Positions 7,856 to 18,095 of a DNA stretch of 30,068 bases are shown piece after piece. Both the position numbers and the translations under genes were made by a program. Numbering within the stretch: the stretch's first letter is position 1; every line of letters begins with the position of its first letter. This DNA comes from a virus (lineage: Duplodnaviria; Caudoviricetes). The stretch lies in IMG/VR virus record IMGVR_UViG_3300030372_002232, positions 1-30,068 of that record; one strand, 5' to 3'. Below the pieces are notes generated by a model that saw nothing but the letters and a program-made list of their open reading frames with translations, had not been told where the DNA came from and ran no database searches.

Positions 7856-7992
7856 TTAGTTAATTGTTTTGATTGGATTTTCTTTTGAGCTTTTAGTTCT
7901 TTCTTTAACAATTTCTTGGCTTCTTTTCTGGATGTACAGACTTCAGCCTTCAGACTAAGTTTAATTAATTTGCGTAATTGTTTTTCGATAAT
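7852..7992 (-). CDS. Small basic helical protein, ~46 aa, non-canonical ATT/ATC start
   Basis: IEKQLRKLIKLSLKAEVCTSRKEAKKLLKKELKAQKKIQSKQLTK; its stop overlaps the next ATG (ATGA); no ATG/GTG near the start. Confidence 0.45.
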   Translation of the reverse strand: MIEKQLRKLIKLSLKAEVCTSRKEAKKLLKKELKAQKKIQSKQLTK

Positions 7993-7994
7993 TG

Positions 7995-8561
7995 TTAACT
8001 AACAGCTTGTGCTAATAATTCAGCAGCAGCTAATTTTGCCGCTGATTCTTTATCAATTGGGACTGGCATTCGCTCTGCTTGATTAGCATCAATCACATCA
8101 TCTAAAAGAACACCAGCACTTGTACCTGTGATTAAAGGTATTAATAATTTGCCCAATCTTCCTGCCATTCTGTTACCACCAACTGACCTAGGAATCGGTG
8201 TTGATTCAATCTGTTGAACAGCTCTTTTGACACTTGGTATATCAGCAGGTTGATCAAAAGCAACCTCTGAAGAATATAAAGGTAATTTGGTTTGTAAGGG
8301 TCTTTCGGTTAATGGAATCGATCTGTACTCAGGTACATATAAACCCAAAGCCTTCATCTGATCTATTGATAAATTCTCTGGAACGCCTTGACCTCTGAGT
8401 TGCATTAATAATGCATCTATCCCAGGAATTTCTTTTTGATAAGCTTCTCTATTTCGAGAAGTTATCTCAGTCATTCGATCAAGAAACTCCTGAGCCTGAG
8501 CAGCTCTTAATGCTTCACTTCTTGGATTTCTTCTTTCAAACTCTTCCTGATTCCAAGCCAT
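7995..8561 (-). CDS. Hypothetical protein (possible internal virion protein)
   Basis: 188-aa ORF, co-oriented and tightly packed with neighbours. Confidence 0.75.
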   Translation of the reverse strand: MAWNQEEFERRNPRSEALRAAQAQEFLDRMTEITSRNREAYQKEIPGIDALLMQLRGQGVPENLSIDQMKALGLYVPEYRSIPLTERPLQTKLPLYSSEVAFDQPADIPSVKRAVQQIESTPIPRSVGGNRMAGRLGKLLIPLITGTSAGVLLDDVIDANQAERMPVPIDKESAAKLAAAELLAQAVS

Positions 8562-8565
8562 GCAA

Positions 8566-8997
8566 CTAAACCCTCGGTTCTAGACCAAGTTTTCTTCTTT
8601 CTTCTAGATCTTGTTTCCAAAGCTGATCTCTTAACCATTGAGGAGCATTTTCATATCCTCCTTTTTCAATTCCACCTGATTCATTCCAAGTTTCAGGAAC
8701 CTCTGCTTTTTTTACTGGCATACCATTTTTTAATATCCATTCTTTAGTTCCTGGGCTGAGATCATCCCAATTTTTACCTTGACCACCTCTCTTCCAGTAC
8801 TGCAACTGATCTTCTACATTTTGTGCTCCAATGAGATCTTCAGAAGAACCACCCAGAGGATCACCTACATCAAAACACTTAGGAGGATCTGATTGCAGGC
8901 AAATTTTATTTCGCTCTTGCATTGGTTCAGGTAGCCCAAGGTCGGGTCCGATTCCCAGCAATGGTCCGATTTCTGATCTGCTTCCAGCGAATAACAT
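8566..8997 (-). CDS. Hypothetical protein
   Basis: 143-aa ORF with 2-4 nt spacing to neighbours. Confidence 0.7.
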   Translation of the reverse strand: MLFAGSRSEIGPLLGIGPDLGLPEPMQERNKICLQSDPPKCFDVGDPLGGSSEDLIGAQNVEDQLQYWKRGGQGKNWDDLSPGTKEWILKNGMPVKKAEVPETWNESGGIEKGGYENAPQWLRDQLWKQDLEERRKLGLEPRV

Positions 8998-8999
8998 AA

Positions 9000-9554
9000 T
9001 TAAGCAACAGGTAGTGCTTGAGCTGGCTGATCTTTCATCGCCAAGATTGCAGGAATACTTCCAATACCTGCCGCACCAAGAGTTGCAAGACCACCTCTTC
9101 TAAGTCTGTTCTTCAAAATCTGCTCTCTTGACAAAGCCTGTGATCCTTTCTCTACAGCTTGTTTATTGACACTTTCTAAGACCCTTTCTAATTCTGGTGT
9201 CTGCTTACTGGTCTCTGTCAGTTCTTTTAATCTTAAAAATTCTTCTGGACTTACACCTTGATTTGCCCCTTTCTTCGCTAAGTCATTAGCAATAGATTTA
9301 TCCATCGCATTAGAGATTGATTCTCTTAAAACCGGATCAAGGCCAACACTTGCCGCTGCTACTGCCCCAGGAGGTAGTCCCGCTAAAAAACTTATTAGAT
9401 AATTAAGTGGTATTTCACCAGAATTTCCACCATGTGTTTCACCCCGAACTAAATCCAATAGCCCTGCTCCTTGCGTTGCTAGACCAGCACCTCCTGTACC
9501 AGCCATTAATGCTAGGAAGGCTGGATCAGAAGCTGCCTTGCGTAAAACAGACAC
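9000..9554 (-). CDS. Hypothetical protein with Gly/Ala-rich hydrophobic segments
   Basis: 184-aa ORF, GTG start, TAGAATAAG motif upstream. Confidence 0.75.
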   Translation of the reverse strand: MSVLRKAASDPAFLALMAGTGGAGLATQGAGLLDLVRGETHGGNSGEIPLNYLISFLAGLPPGAVAAASVGLDPVLRESISNAMDKSIANDLAKKGANQGVSPEEFLRLKELTETSKQTPELERVLESVNKQAVEKGSQALSREQILKNRLRRGGLATLGAAGIGSIPAILAMKDQPAQALPVA

Positions 9555-9593
9555 GATTTATTATTTTTAGTAATCATTACTTATTCTAAGTAA

Positions 9594-9791
9594 TTATTTT
9601 TCCAAAAGTTTAATTAATAGGGGTCTTAATTCGTGTTCTGGCGGGAAGTGTCTCATGATTGCTCTTGCTTCTCTTCTGACTTCTCTAGGAATCCTTGGTG
9701 TTTCCTTTGTATCAGTTAAACGAAGCAAGAACTCCCTCGCGCCAACCATTGCTTCGATTTGTTGATTTGGCTGACTAATTCTGAGCTTCAT
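9594..9791 (-). CDS. BPSL0761-like small protein
   Basis: AREFLLRL...TPRIPREVRREARAIMRHFP resembles the R.FL..L...P..VR.EA..LLRHYP pattern; ATG 9791 preferred as start. Confidence 0.65.
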   Translation of the reverse strand: MKLRISQPNQQIEAMVGAREFLLRLTDTKETPRIPREVRREARAIMRHFPPEHELRPLLIKLLEK

Positions 9792-10065
9792 CTTGCTTAA
9801 AAACAATCTTCTTTGTGTTGTCTTTGAGCTTTAACCCATCCCTTACATTTTTAATATGCCAATTATTGGACATATCTTGAACAATTTCTCGACCTAACTC
9901 CAAAGCAAATTCTTCTGCTAGCCCTGTAAAAACAGCATGGGGGTGTTGGCCTTTTGGTAAATCATGACGACCAGAGCGGTCATATAGATAATTAATAAAA
10001 TCACAGCGGTTCTGCTGCTGTCTGACTGATCGTTTTGCTTGCTCTCTTTGGTCAAGTAATTTCAT
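9775..10065 (-). CDS. Hypothetical protein
   Basis: 96-aa ORF with TAAAATAAG motif upstream. Confidence 0.7.
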   Translation of the reverse strand: MKLLDQREQAKRSVRQQQNRCDFINYLYDRSGRHDLPKGQHPHAVFTGLAEEFALELGREIVQDMSNNWHIKNVRDGLKLKDNTKKIVFKQDEAQN

Positions 10066-10119
10066 GCGAGACTTGGCTTACGTTATGTAAGCTTAGTCTT
10101 ATTTTACTGATACTGCTAG

Positions 10120-12717
10120 TTATCCTTTGATTAATAGTTTGGTTGATGAAAGAGCGACACCAGCGTATACATCGGTTCCTGTTACAGGTGTAAGTCCAAG
10201 AGAGCCATCAAATTGAAGGTAGTATTTTTGCCCTGGAGTCAGCGATGATTTTGTAGCCGTGTTACCTACAATTTTCACACTTCCAGTAGCTCCATTACTA
10301 ATTGCGGCTTTGGCAAAACCTATAAAGTTTTCACTAGTTAAGTTTGTAGAACCTGGTATAAATGCTGCTGCATCACCTGCATCATCGTTCTGTCCATCTC
10401 TTACTGCAATTAATGCCCTTCCAACATTAGCATTCCAACCAACGGCAGATTCACCAGCACCTGCTAATACTTCAAATCTAGGTGTCCAAGTTATTGTTGT
10501 TCCACTAACTGTTCCAACAGAAGCGTATCTTTTAGATTCTGTATTAGAGTACCAAGATGCTATTACGTTGTTAGTGGCTGAATCGAGAACCGCAGACATA
10601 TTTTGAGTTTGATCTGTATCTATAGTTACTTCAGATCCCCAACTAGGATCATAGGGTGATGAGCTACCAACAGTACAGACTCTAGAGTGTAGTTTCCAAG
10701 TATCAGTATTAGTAGCATAAACTTCTACGAATTTATTAACACTAGGTACAAAGACAAGAGAGTGAGCACTTACCTCACCAGAGGCCAAGGAAACTTCACT
10801 ACTTCCACCTGAGAGGGTATTACTAAAAGACTTTGAAATAATATTGTTTGAACCTGTACTTTTTCTCCATGTAGCTAGATATCTGTCTAAGTTGGTGTCA
10901 TAAGCTACGTCTATCATGCCTGATGAACTTACACTGGTAACTTGAGTTGAACCTACGTCCCAATCCCAATCAGCATTATCGTTGTCATACTTACCCTGTG
11001 CCATCCATACATGATTATTAGTATTAGTCCAGAAGAGTGCAACTCTACTATTATCTGGATTGAAACAACATCTTAAATTCCTTGTGTCCTGAGTATCAGG
11101 GTTACCCATTAACCTATAACCCGCACCGAAAGTGATATCATCTCCTGCGCTATTAGCATAACCAACGGCTGTATGTACCCTACCCCAATCTTTATTGATA
11201 TAGGTAAGCATGAATCTATCGTTTGTGGTGTCATAACAACAATCAAGTCCTCTATATCCAAAGTATCCTCCTATCTCACCACTGCTGGAACCATCAGTAG
11301 GTATCATTCTCTGTGTTCCGTATGAAACAGTTGTTCCACTAATGGTTACACTTCTGCAATATGCAGAGGGATATTGACTGTTTGATCCAGTGCCTTTTAG
11401 ATAAAAAATTACATTATTGTTTTTATCAGGGTTATAAACAACTCGCATAGGAGCTATATAATCACTACCACTTCCACTATGGTATTCAACGGCTGTCCCT
11501 ATTGTGTCATTCTGTCCAGTAACTTTTTCAATAGTTCCGTCTGTACGTACAATACAAGCTTCTTGAATTGCAATTGCTCCTGTAGCTGTAGCTTCTATTT
11601 CAGGAGAACCTCCAACGTCCGCCCAACTAGGAGCCGCACCGCTACCACCTGACGTTAATACTTGTCCACTTGTGCCGTAGTTAGCTCCAGCAATACCAAA
11701 TTCACCTGAAGTTCCGATGCGAAGTCTTTCAGTATCTGTTCCACCAGTTGTTTTAGTATGTAACTGTAATACCCCACCACCCGCTGATTCAGCAGCCCTT
11801 ATTCTACATAAATCAGTAACATTGTTACCTTTAAACTCTAATGCAGGAGTATTGTTATTTCTATTAAATCTGATTCCAGTAGTACCTTCTTGAATATCAA
11901 ATAAAGTAAATGGATCATTAGTTCCAATACCAACTCTTCCCGCACTCGTGATCCGCATCCGTTCGGTTAAATTACTTGAGGTAGAGTCTCTAGTTTCAAA
12001 AACTAAATTTCCATGTCCACCACTTACTATTTCGTTTCCAATTCTTGCCCTTGAACTGTTAGAACCCCCATCAAAAGCTAAATATTGTGCATCTCCTACA
12101 CCTGGATCGGATCTAAGTCTTAATAATGTTATGTCTCCACTTGTAGCATTATAAATTTCTAGTTTTGCTTGAGGGCTGGTAGTTCCAATACCAACGGCAT
12201 TATTCGTGCCGTCTACAAAGAATGTTGTTCCATCTACTTTTAAATTCTTTCCAGATGCAATTTCTATATGCTCACTAGATGTCCACGAATCAGTAGCGTT
12301 TAACCAATTAAATGTTTTTGAAGTAGAGCCAAGCAAGGTCCAACCTCCCCCGTCGGCGGTGGTATCACTAGGACTAGAGACCTTACCGATTTCGATATTT
12401 TTGTCTTCTACCTGAAGTGTTGTCGTATTGATAGTTGTCGTTGTGCCGTTAACAGTTAAATCTCCACTTAGTGTGAGATTGACTCCTGTAGCATTACCCG
12501 TAAAAGCAGGGGCAGCTTTTGGTGCGAAACTAGCTACAACGAATGCAGTCGAAGCCGCTTTAGTACTATTGTCTCCTGCTGTAGCCGTTGGTACTGTGAC
12601 TGTACCCGTGAAAGTTGGATTTGCCTTTGTTGCCAGATCAGCTATGACAACAGTTATCTCATTATTCGAGCTATCCTCGTAAATCAAATCTTGAACTTTT
12701 AAATCACCAAACGCCAT
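10120..12717 (-). CDS. Tail fibre / receptor-binding protein A
   Basis: FTGTVTVPTATAGDNSTKAASTAFV fibre repeat, VEDKNIEIG module, GxVGIGTxxP and ERMRI repeats, and a C-terminal beta-rich domain. Confidence 0.88.
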   Translation of the reverse strand: MAFGDLKVQDLIYEDSSNNEITVVIADLATKANPTFTGTVTVPTATAGDNSTKAASTAFVVASFAPKAAPAFTGNATGVNLTLSGDLTVNGTTTTINTTTLQVEDKNIEIGKVSSPSDTTADGGGWTLLGSTSKTFNWLNATDSWTSSEHIEIASGKNLKVDGTTFFVDGTNNAVGIGTTSPQAKLEIYNATSGDITLLRLRSDPGVGDAQYLAFDGGSNSSRARIGNEIVSGGHGNLVFETRDSTSSNLTERMRITSAGRVGIGTNDPFTLFDIQEGTTGIRFNRNNNTPALEFKGNNVTDLCRIRAAESAGGGVLQLHTKTTGGTDTERLRIGTSGEFGIAGANYGTSGQVLTSGGSGAAPSWADVGGSPEIEATATGAIAIQEACIVRTDGTIEKVTGQNDTIGTAVEYHSGSGSDYIAPMRVVYNPDKNNNVIFYLKGTGSNSQYPSAYCRSVTISGTTVSYGTQRMIPTDGSSSGEIGGYFGYRGLDCCYDTTNDRFMLTYINKDWGRVHTAVGYANSAGDDITFGAGYRLMGNPDTQDTRNLRCCFNPDNSRVALFWTNTNNHVWMAQGKYDNDNADWDWDVGSTQVTSVSSSGMIDVAYDTNLDRYLATWRKSTGSNNIISKSFSNTLSGGSSEVSLASGEVSAHSLVFVPSVNKFVEVYATNTDTWKLHSRVCTVGSSSPYDPSWGSEVTIDTDQTQNMSAVLDSATNNVIASWYSNTESKRYASVGTVSGTTITWTPRFEVLAGAGESAVGWNANVGRALIAVRDGQNDDAGDAAAFIPGSTNLTSENFIGFAKAAISNGATGSVKIVGNTATKSSLTPGQKYYLQFDGSLGLTPVTGTDVYAGVALSSTKLLIKG

Positions 12718-12832
12718 GAAGCAATCTCTACTTTCCCAATACCCTTATTTTAGTAGAAGTCCAGTACGACTCCCGCCATACGTCAATTAATGGATAAAAG
12801 TTCTATTACACACGAGGATCACAAATTAATAA

Positions 12833-15232
12833 TTAAGTAGTTTTACGTCTAATTAGTATTTTATCTGCAGCGACAGCTAATCCACCGGGATAAGCAAGAC
12901 CACCACCACTAGTGATAGTTCCGCTGTCTGTCCAATAATAAACACTACCCGGAGTTAAACTAGACTGATTTCCAGCTACATTTCCTTCTAATTTAATAGT
13001 TCCTGTAGCTCCATCACTAATTGCATCTTCAGCAACACCAAGAAAATTTTGACCACCAGCAGTCAGGTTACTTGTATTTGACACTACACCTCCTGTTCCA
13101 GAGAAATTATAATCATTTACTCCACCATCTCCTTTGCCGATATATGCTATTTTTCCATTATGTGACATATAAACACTAGCTAATCTCTCTATATTTCCTC
13201 CATAATTAGTTATTTGCTCAGAGGCATTACTTGTATTTAAAGTTATAGCAGTTCCAGAAACTGTTCCTGATATTGCATAAACATATTTTTGATGTTGGGC
13301 ATAAATGTAATAAATATGATGCTCATCTGAGATGCAAATATTTAAACTATAATCAGGTCGGCCATGGCTTTCATAACTCTGTGCTGTACCAGATGTAATA
13401 TCAAGTGAAGATGAATTAATTGTATGTGCGTTAGTTTGTAAAGAATTAGTACCATCGTAATTCCTCCAAGCAGTAATCCAAGATCCAGAATTAGCATGAT
13501 AATTTATTGCATTAATACCATCACCATTACCTGATTTTACCGTTATTGTTGATCCTTCAGTTACAGCAGCAGCACTGTCAGTCGCAACTTTAAACGCCAT
13601 CATTCGCTGATTGCCACTTGTATCCCATATAGCAGCAGCAACATTGTTTGTTGAATCATGGCTAATATCCCAATGCCCTGCAGGATTATCTGCACCCAAT
13701 TGTTCAGCTTTTCTAAAAGTCCAAGCAGTACCTGATAAATCACCAATAATCACACCAAGAGTATTCTGAGCAAACTGACAATTAGCATTATCAGCTTTTG
13801 AGAGAACAGCTATTCGATTTGTACCTATAGCTATAGGTGCTGGTCTTTCATAATATGAACTATTGCTACTGTTTCCATCAAGATCATATTCACTACCTAA
13901 TGTATCAAAACCGTCATTAGATGAATTAACAGGTAAGATTTTTATTCTTGTACGAGTTCCATCTGTATAGACAGCCACAAATCTTTTGCCTGACATGGCA
14001 CAAATACCATATCTATCAGCAGCTACACCTCCTGATTTTATTGTGGTATGTCCATGACTTGTAAAATCAGTACCACTTGTTGAAAGTAATACGCATTTTA
14101 AATCACTTCCGCTAGTTCTAAATGCGTAACAAATTAAATCACTTTCAGAGTCATAAGCTATAGCATCTTTTTCCTGTCTTATTCTTGACCATGTATTCGA
14201 CCCAGATAGTTGCGTTCCACCTGATGAGGAAACACCATCAGTTGCTGTACCAGATAATTTTATTTCCTCTGCCTTTCCATTACTTTTAATAATTACTGGC
14301 TTACCAGCCGCAATGGCTCCATCGGCAACTAAGTTAATGGTATTTCCACCAGCTAAAGCAGAACCGTTGACATTGATTGCACCCGTTACGTTTATTCCAC
14401 CCGAAGTTGTCTCTAATTTCTTATTCCCCGTATGAAATAATTCTGCTACATTTGCATTTACTTTAAGAATATTATTTCCAGCTGCATTTGTTAAACGTAC
14501 ATCATCTCCAACAATTTTTAATGCACCTGTACCAGTATCGTTAATATATGAGTGGTTTGAAGAATGGTATATCTCAAGTCCATCAGTAGTTCCTGAAGCA
14601 CCACCAACTAAGAACTTCTTATCATCAGGTACATGTATATGCTCACTAGATGTCCAAGCATCTGTAGCATTAACCCAATTGAATGTCTTGTCGGTGGCAC
14701 CTTTCAAGGTCCAGCCTCCTCCATCGGCAGTCGTATCAGTAGGAGTTGAAACCTTGCCTATGACTATATTTTTGTCTTCAACATCAAGTGTTTGAGTATT
14801 AATGGTAGTAGTAGTGCCGTTTACAGTTAAATCTCCACTTAGTACAAGATCTGCTGCATTAACTGTTCCAGTAAATGTAGGAGCAGACAAAGGTGCATAA
14901 GTACTAGCTGCTATTGATGTTGTTAGGTAATCTCCTAATTCCGTTTGAACGTAAGCAGTAGATGCGGCTTTTGTTGAATTATCATTAGCTGTTGCTGTTG
15001 GGACTGTGACTGTCCCAGTAAATGTTGGTGATGCTTTAGGTGCAAAGCTAGTAACTACAAAAGCAGTAGATGCAGCCTTTGTAGAATTATCTCCAGCCGT
15101 AGCCGTCGGTACCGTTACAGTTCCTGTAAATGTTGGATTATTCTTAGGCGGTATATCTGCAAGGACTACTGTATTATCACCAGAGCCTGTATTCCATATC
15201 AGATTCCGAACCTTTAGGTCACCGTAAGCCAT
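12833..15232 (-). CDS. Tail fibre / receptor-binding protein B (paralogue of A)
   Basis: Same N-terminus (MAYGDLKV vs MAFGDLKV), two fibre repeats, VEDKNI module; different central and C-terminal region. Confidence 0.88.
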   Translation of the reverse strand: MAYGDLKVRNLIWNTGSGDNTVVLADIPPKNNPTFTGTVTVPTATAGDNSTKAASTAFVVTSFAPKASPTFTGTVTVPTATANDNSTKAASTAYVQTELGDYLTTSIAASTYAPLSAPTFTGTVNAADLVLSGDLTVNGTTTTINTQTLDVEDKNIVIGKVSTPTDTTADGGGWTLKGATDKTFNWVNATDAWTSSEHIHVPDDKKFLVGGASGTTDGLEIYHSSNHSYINDTGTGALKIVGDDVRLTNAAGNNILKVNANVAELFHTGNKKLETTSGGINVTGAINVNGSALAGGNTINLVADGAIAAGKPVIIKSNGKAEEIKLSGTATDGVSSSGGTQLSGSNTWSRIRQEKDAIAYDSESDLICYAFRTSGSDLKCVLLSTSGTDFTSHGHTTIKSGGVAADRYGICAMSGKRFVAVYTDGTRTRIKILPVNSSNDGFDTLGSEYDLDGNSSNSSYYERPAPIAIGTNRIAVLSKADNANCQFAQNTLGVIIGDLSGTAWTFRKAEQLGADNPAGHWDISHDSTNNVAAAIWDTSGNQRMMAFKVATDSAAAVTEGSTITVKSGNGDGINAINYHANSGSWITAWRNYDGTNSLQTNAHTINSSSLDITSGTAQSYESHGRPDYSLNICISDEHHIYYIYAQHQKYVYAISGTVSGTAITLNTSNASEQITNYGGNIERLASVYMSHNGKIAYIGKGDGGVNDYNFSGTGGVVSNTSNLTAGGQNFLGVAEDAISDGATGTIKLEGNVAGNQSSLTPGSVYYWTDSGTITSGGGLAYPGGLAVAADKILIRRKTT

Positions 15233-15289
15233 GAATAGGTTTCTTCTATTTCCCTATCAGTAGTTTAATTGAACCGAAGAACCTAACGT

Positions 15290-15463
15290 CTACTCTGGAA
15301 CGACTTCAGTAGGAGTTACCTCTTCTAATGCGTTTATTTCTTCTTGAGCAATAGCTGTCTTTAGTTCGTCAACTGCTTTATTTGCTGCTTGGAATTTAGC
15401 ACCTGCTTCGTTCTGCACTTTAACTGCTTCTATGAGCTTGCGAACAAGTTCCTGATCTGCCAT
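15290..15463 (-). CDS. Small coiled-coil protein, 57 aa, possible tail-fibre chaperone
   Basis: Read manually: MADQELVRKLIEAVKVQNEAGAKFQAANKAVDELKTAIAQEEINALEEVTPTEVVPE; sits between fibre genes, TATAAT upstream. Confidence 0.7.
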   Translation of the reverse strand: MADQELVRKLIEAVKVQNEAGAKFQAANKAVDELKTAIAQEEINALEEVTPTEVVPE

Positions 15464-15526
15464 AACAATAAATAGACGTATCCAAATTATAGATTATTTA
15501 GATGCTGACTGTGTTTTCGGCCAACA

Positions 15527-18094
15527 CTAAGCATGGGCATAATAGATAAACGATTCACCTGAACCATTTACTTTAACTACACTTCCTCCAGCACTACCAG
15601 CGGTTAATTCAAATCCAGTAGAGTTGAAATCAAGCAAATCTTCAGTTTGGACAGCATCAGGACCATGAAGACTGAAGAATTTGCCATCTCCATTAACGCT
15701 ATCAACTAACACCCAACCTTGAGCAGCAGTATATCTTTTGATAATAACTAGCCTCGGCTGAAATCCAGTTGTTATCTGTAAAGTTGAATTTGAGCCGTCA
15801 TACGATCCAACAGAACTGATGCCTTCAACGCTGGAGAAGAGCATGGCTATGTAGTCTTTACCAGTATCATTTACATCACCATTATCCTTTAAAGTAAAGT
15901 GAGTACTCGTAGGGGCTGTGTCATTCCATATATTAATTGAATCAACTTCGGCAGCATTACTATTTAAAACTAAGTGATACTGTTCTGGATTTGTTCCACC
16001 ATTCAAACCTTTGTGATACACTTTCCAATCTTTTGAACTGCTTCCTACTCTGCATTTGACCCAAATCATCTCTGGAGTTTTCGAGAGGGAATGAGGAACT
16101 GCTTGGCTACCGCTGTCATCATTTCCTGCATAAGCCACCACATCCATCCCAGCATGTCTCTTCCACATCCAAGCCTGATAATTAATAAAACTACTAGTTG
16201 AATCAAGGTAACCATTGTTAAAATCATATTGTTGGTGAGAATCTGAACTCTCAGCATCAGCCGTGTTTGTAAATAAGTATTTACCTTGAGTTAAACGAGC
16301 ACTTGTGTACCAACCTTGAGATGTTGTTGTGTATTTTGTTGTTGCAAAATCAGTAACAAATCCACTAACAAAGGTAGGTATATCAGAATTACTTGTACCC
16401 ATGACCATATTGAATACATCCGTACCAAGTTCAACGGGTTTGCCAACGTATCCATCTGATCTTCTTATCGCACAATAAATTATTGTCTCTCCATTTTCGT
16501 TGTAGTGTGCATTGCTGGCAGTAATTTTAAAACCTGTAGGAGTTAAATCTATTACGCTTTCATCATCTTCAGCATTACTTACATTTGGTCGTAAGGAAGC
16601 ATCATCACCACCTGTTGCTATTCCTCGCATTGCATCAACTATTTTCCAATCTCTACTTGAGGTTGTAGCGTTTTTCAATAGTATCCAAGACGGCTCGAAT
16701 CCTAAATTAATCTCTGGCCCTGTAGCCGATCCATTCCCAACATAACTACCGCACTTGATTATTCCTTCCTTACTGTCTCCAAATTTAAAACCAGCAGGGT
16801 CGTCGAAGGGGCTATCTGTTGATGCTGTTGGATCACCATTAGCAGTAATCGTTCCTCCTGTTGTCTTGCCTGTTGTTGAAGAGTTATTGCAACATAAAAG
16901 AACTGTATTAGTAATACTGGTTAACGGCTCAGTTGGTGGTCTAAATGATGATGTATAAACTGCTGTTCCTTTTACTAAACGTACATTACTTATATTACCT
17001 ATAAAGTTTGTTCCATAGTTACTTGCAACCTTAAATGTTTTATTGGTAGAACTTCCCCAATCATTGCTGTCAGTAAATTGGCCTTGTTTTACACCATTCA
17101 TGTAAAAACTAACAGTTGAACCAGATCTAACTATTGCATAATGACACCACTGATCTCTAGGAGGTAATGATAAAGCAAATTCTTGATCGCCTCCGTGGTT
17201 AATATAAAATTTACTATTGTAGCAATAAATAAGGGCTCCACCAGCAACATTATACGCACCTATTTCCATAATCCCTTCAGGGCCAGCTGATGGAGTAGAG
17301 GTACGTTTGCACCACCATTCCAGTGTAAAATCTCCAGTTAAATGAAAATCATCACTAGCAGCTAGTGATAAATGGTCATTCCCATCAAATACAACAGACC
17401 TTGCAGTAGCGGCTGTGGACTCACCTCCTCCGAATAGGTAGGCTACATAATTGTGACCGTTTTCATTAACTATTCCATTCCATCCCACAGTAAATACAGA
17501 AGCCGTGGGAGGAGTATCACCCCATATTGTTGAGTCTTCTTCTTGATCGTCAGTTGTATTGAGCCTTAGCCAACTTCTAGATGTATTAGGTAAATCTCTA
17601 TGCCATACAGCCCAAGCATCACTACCAGTTGTCTTCTTGACTATAATCATCCCCGGCACACACCCAAGTGAATGACTTATGTTTTGAGCAGAATTTTGGC
17701 CGCTATAGGTAACAACATCACAGAACCCTTTTGCCTTGCGGAATGTAAATGAGGCATAGTCATTAGATGATGCATTTACTTGTGTATTAGTACCTAATTT
17801 AAAACCATTAGCATTAAATCCAGTAAGACGTTGACCTAAGCCTGCATTATCCGTATTTGAATTTGTTATAAGTCTTTCATTATGACCTCGAACCGTATCA
17901 TATATAAGGTTATCATCTGTTCCATTTCTTTTCTTAATCCATGTCATACCTCCTTCACCAGATAAATTAATTCCATTATTTATATTTCTATTTTCTGTTG
18001 AATTTCCTTCCCAGACGTACGTGCTGAACACATCGTCCAAATACGTCTTCTCGCTGGCACCTACGCCAAGCATTAATTGTTGAATTGGTGTCAT
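15527..18094 (-). CDS. Repeat-containing tail-fibre-like protein with inserted LamG/ConA-like domain
   Basis: About five repeats of the type Y.GN.....I.(H/.)..G..P..I..K...W...Y(I/V).Y; central SVVFDG...DFTLEWW...QWCHYAIVRSG..FYMNG...GNISNVRLVKG LamG signature. Confidence 0.85.
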   Translation of the reverse strand: MTPIQQLMLGVGASEKTYLDDVFSTYVWEGNSTENRNINNGINLSGEGGMTWIKKRNGTDDNLIYDTVRGHNERLITNSNTDNAGLGQRLTGFNANGFKLGTNTQVNASSNDYASFTFRKAKGFCDVVTYSGQNSAQNISHSLGCVPGMIIVKKTTGSDAWAVWHRDLPNTSRSWLRLNTTDDQEEDSTIWGDTPPTASVFTVGWNGIVNENGHNYVAYLFGGGESTAATARSVVFDGNDHLSLAASDDFHLTGDFTLEWWCKRTSTPSAGPEGIMEIGAYNVAGGALIYCYNSKFYINHGGDQEFALSLPPRDQWCHYAIVRSGSTVSFYMNGVKQGQFTDSNDWGSSTNKTFKVASNYGTNFIGNISNVRLVKGTAVYTSSFRPPTEPLTSITNTVLLCCNNSSTTGKTTGGTITANGDPTASTDSPFDDPAGFKFGDSKEGIIKCGSYVGNGSATGPEINLGFEPSWILLKNATTSSRDWKIVDAMRGIATGGDDASLRPNVSNAEDDESVIDLTPTGFKITASNAHYNENGETIIYCAIRRSDGYVGKPVELGTDVFNMVMGTSNSDIPTFVSGFVTDFATTKYTTTSQGWYTSARLTQGKYLFTNTADAESSDSHQQYDFNNGYLDSTSSFINYQAWMWKRHAGMDVVAYAGNDDSGSQAVPHSLSKTPEMIWVKCRVGSSSKDWKVYHKGLNGGTNPEQYHLVLNSNAAEVDSINIWNDTAPTSTHFTLKDNGDVNDTGKDYIAMLFSSVEGISSVGSYDGSNSTLQITTGFQPRLVIIKRYTAAQGWVLVDSVNGDGKFFSLHGPDAVQTEDLLDFNSTGFELTAGSAGGSVVKVNGSGESFIYYAHA

Positions 18095-18095
18095 A

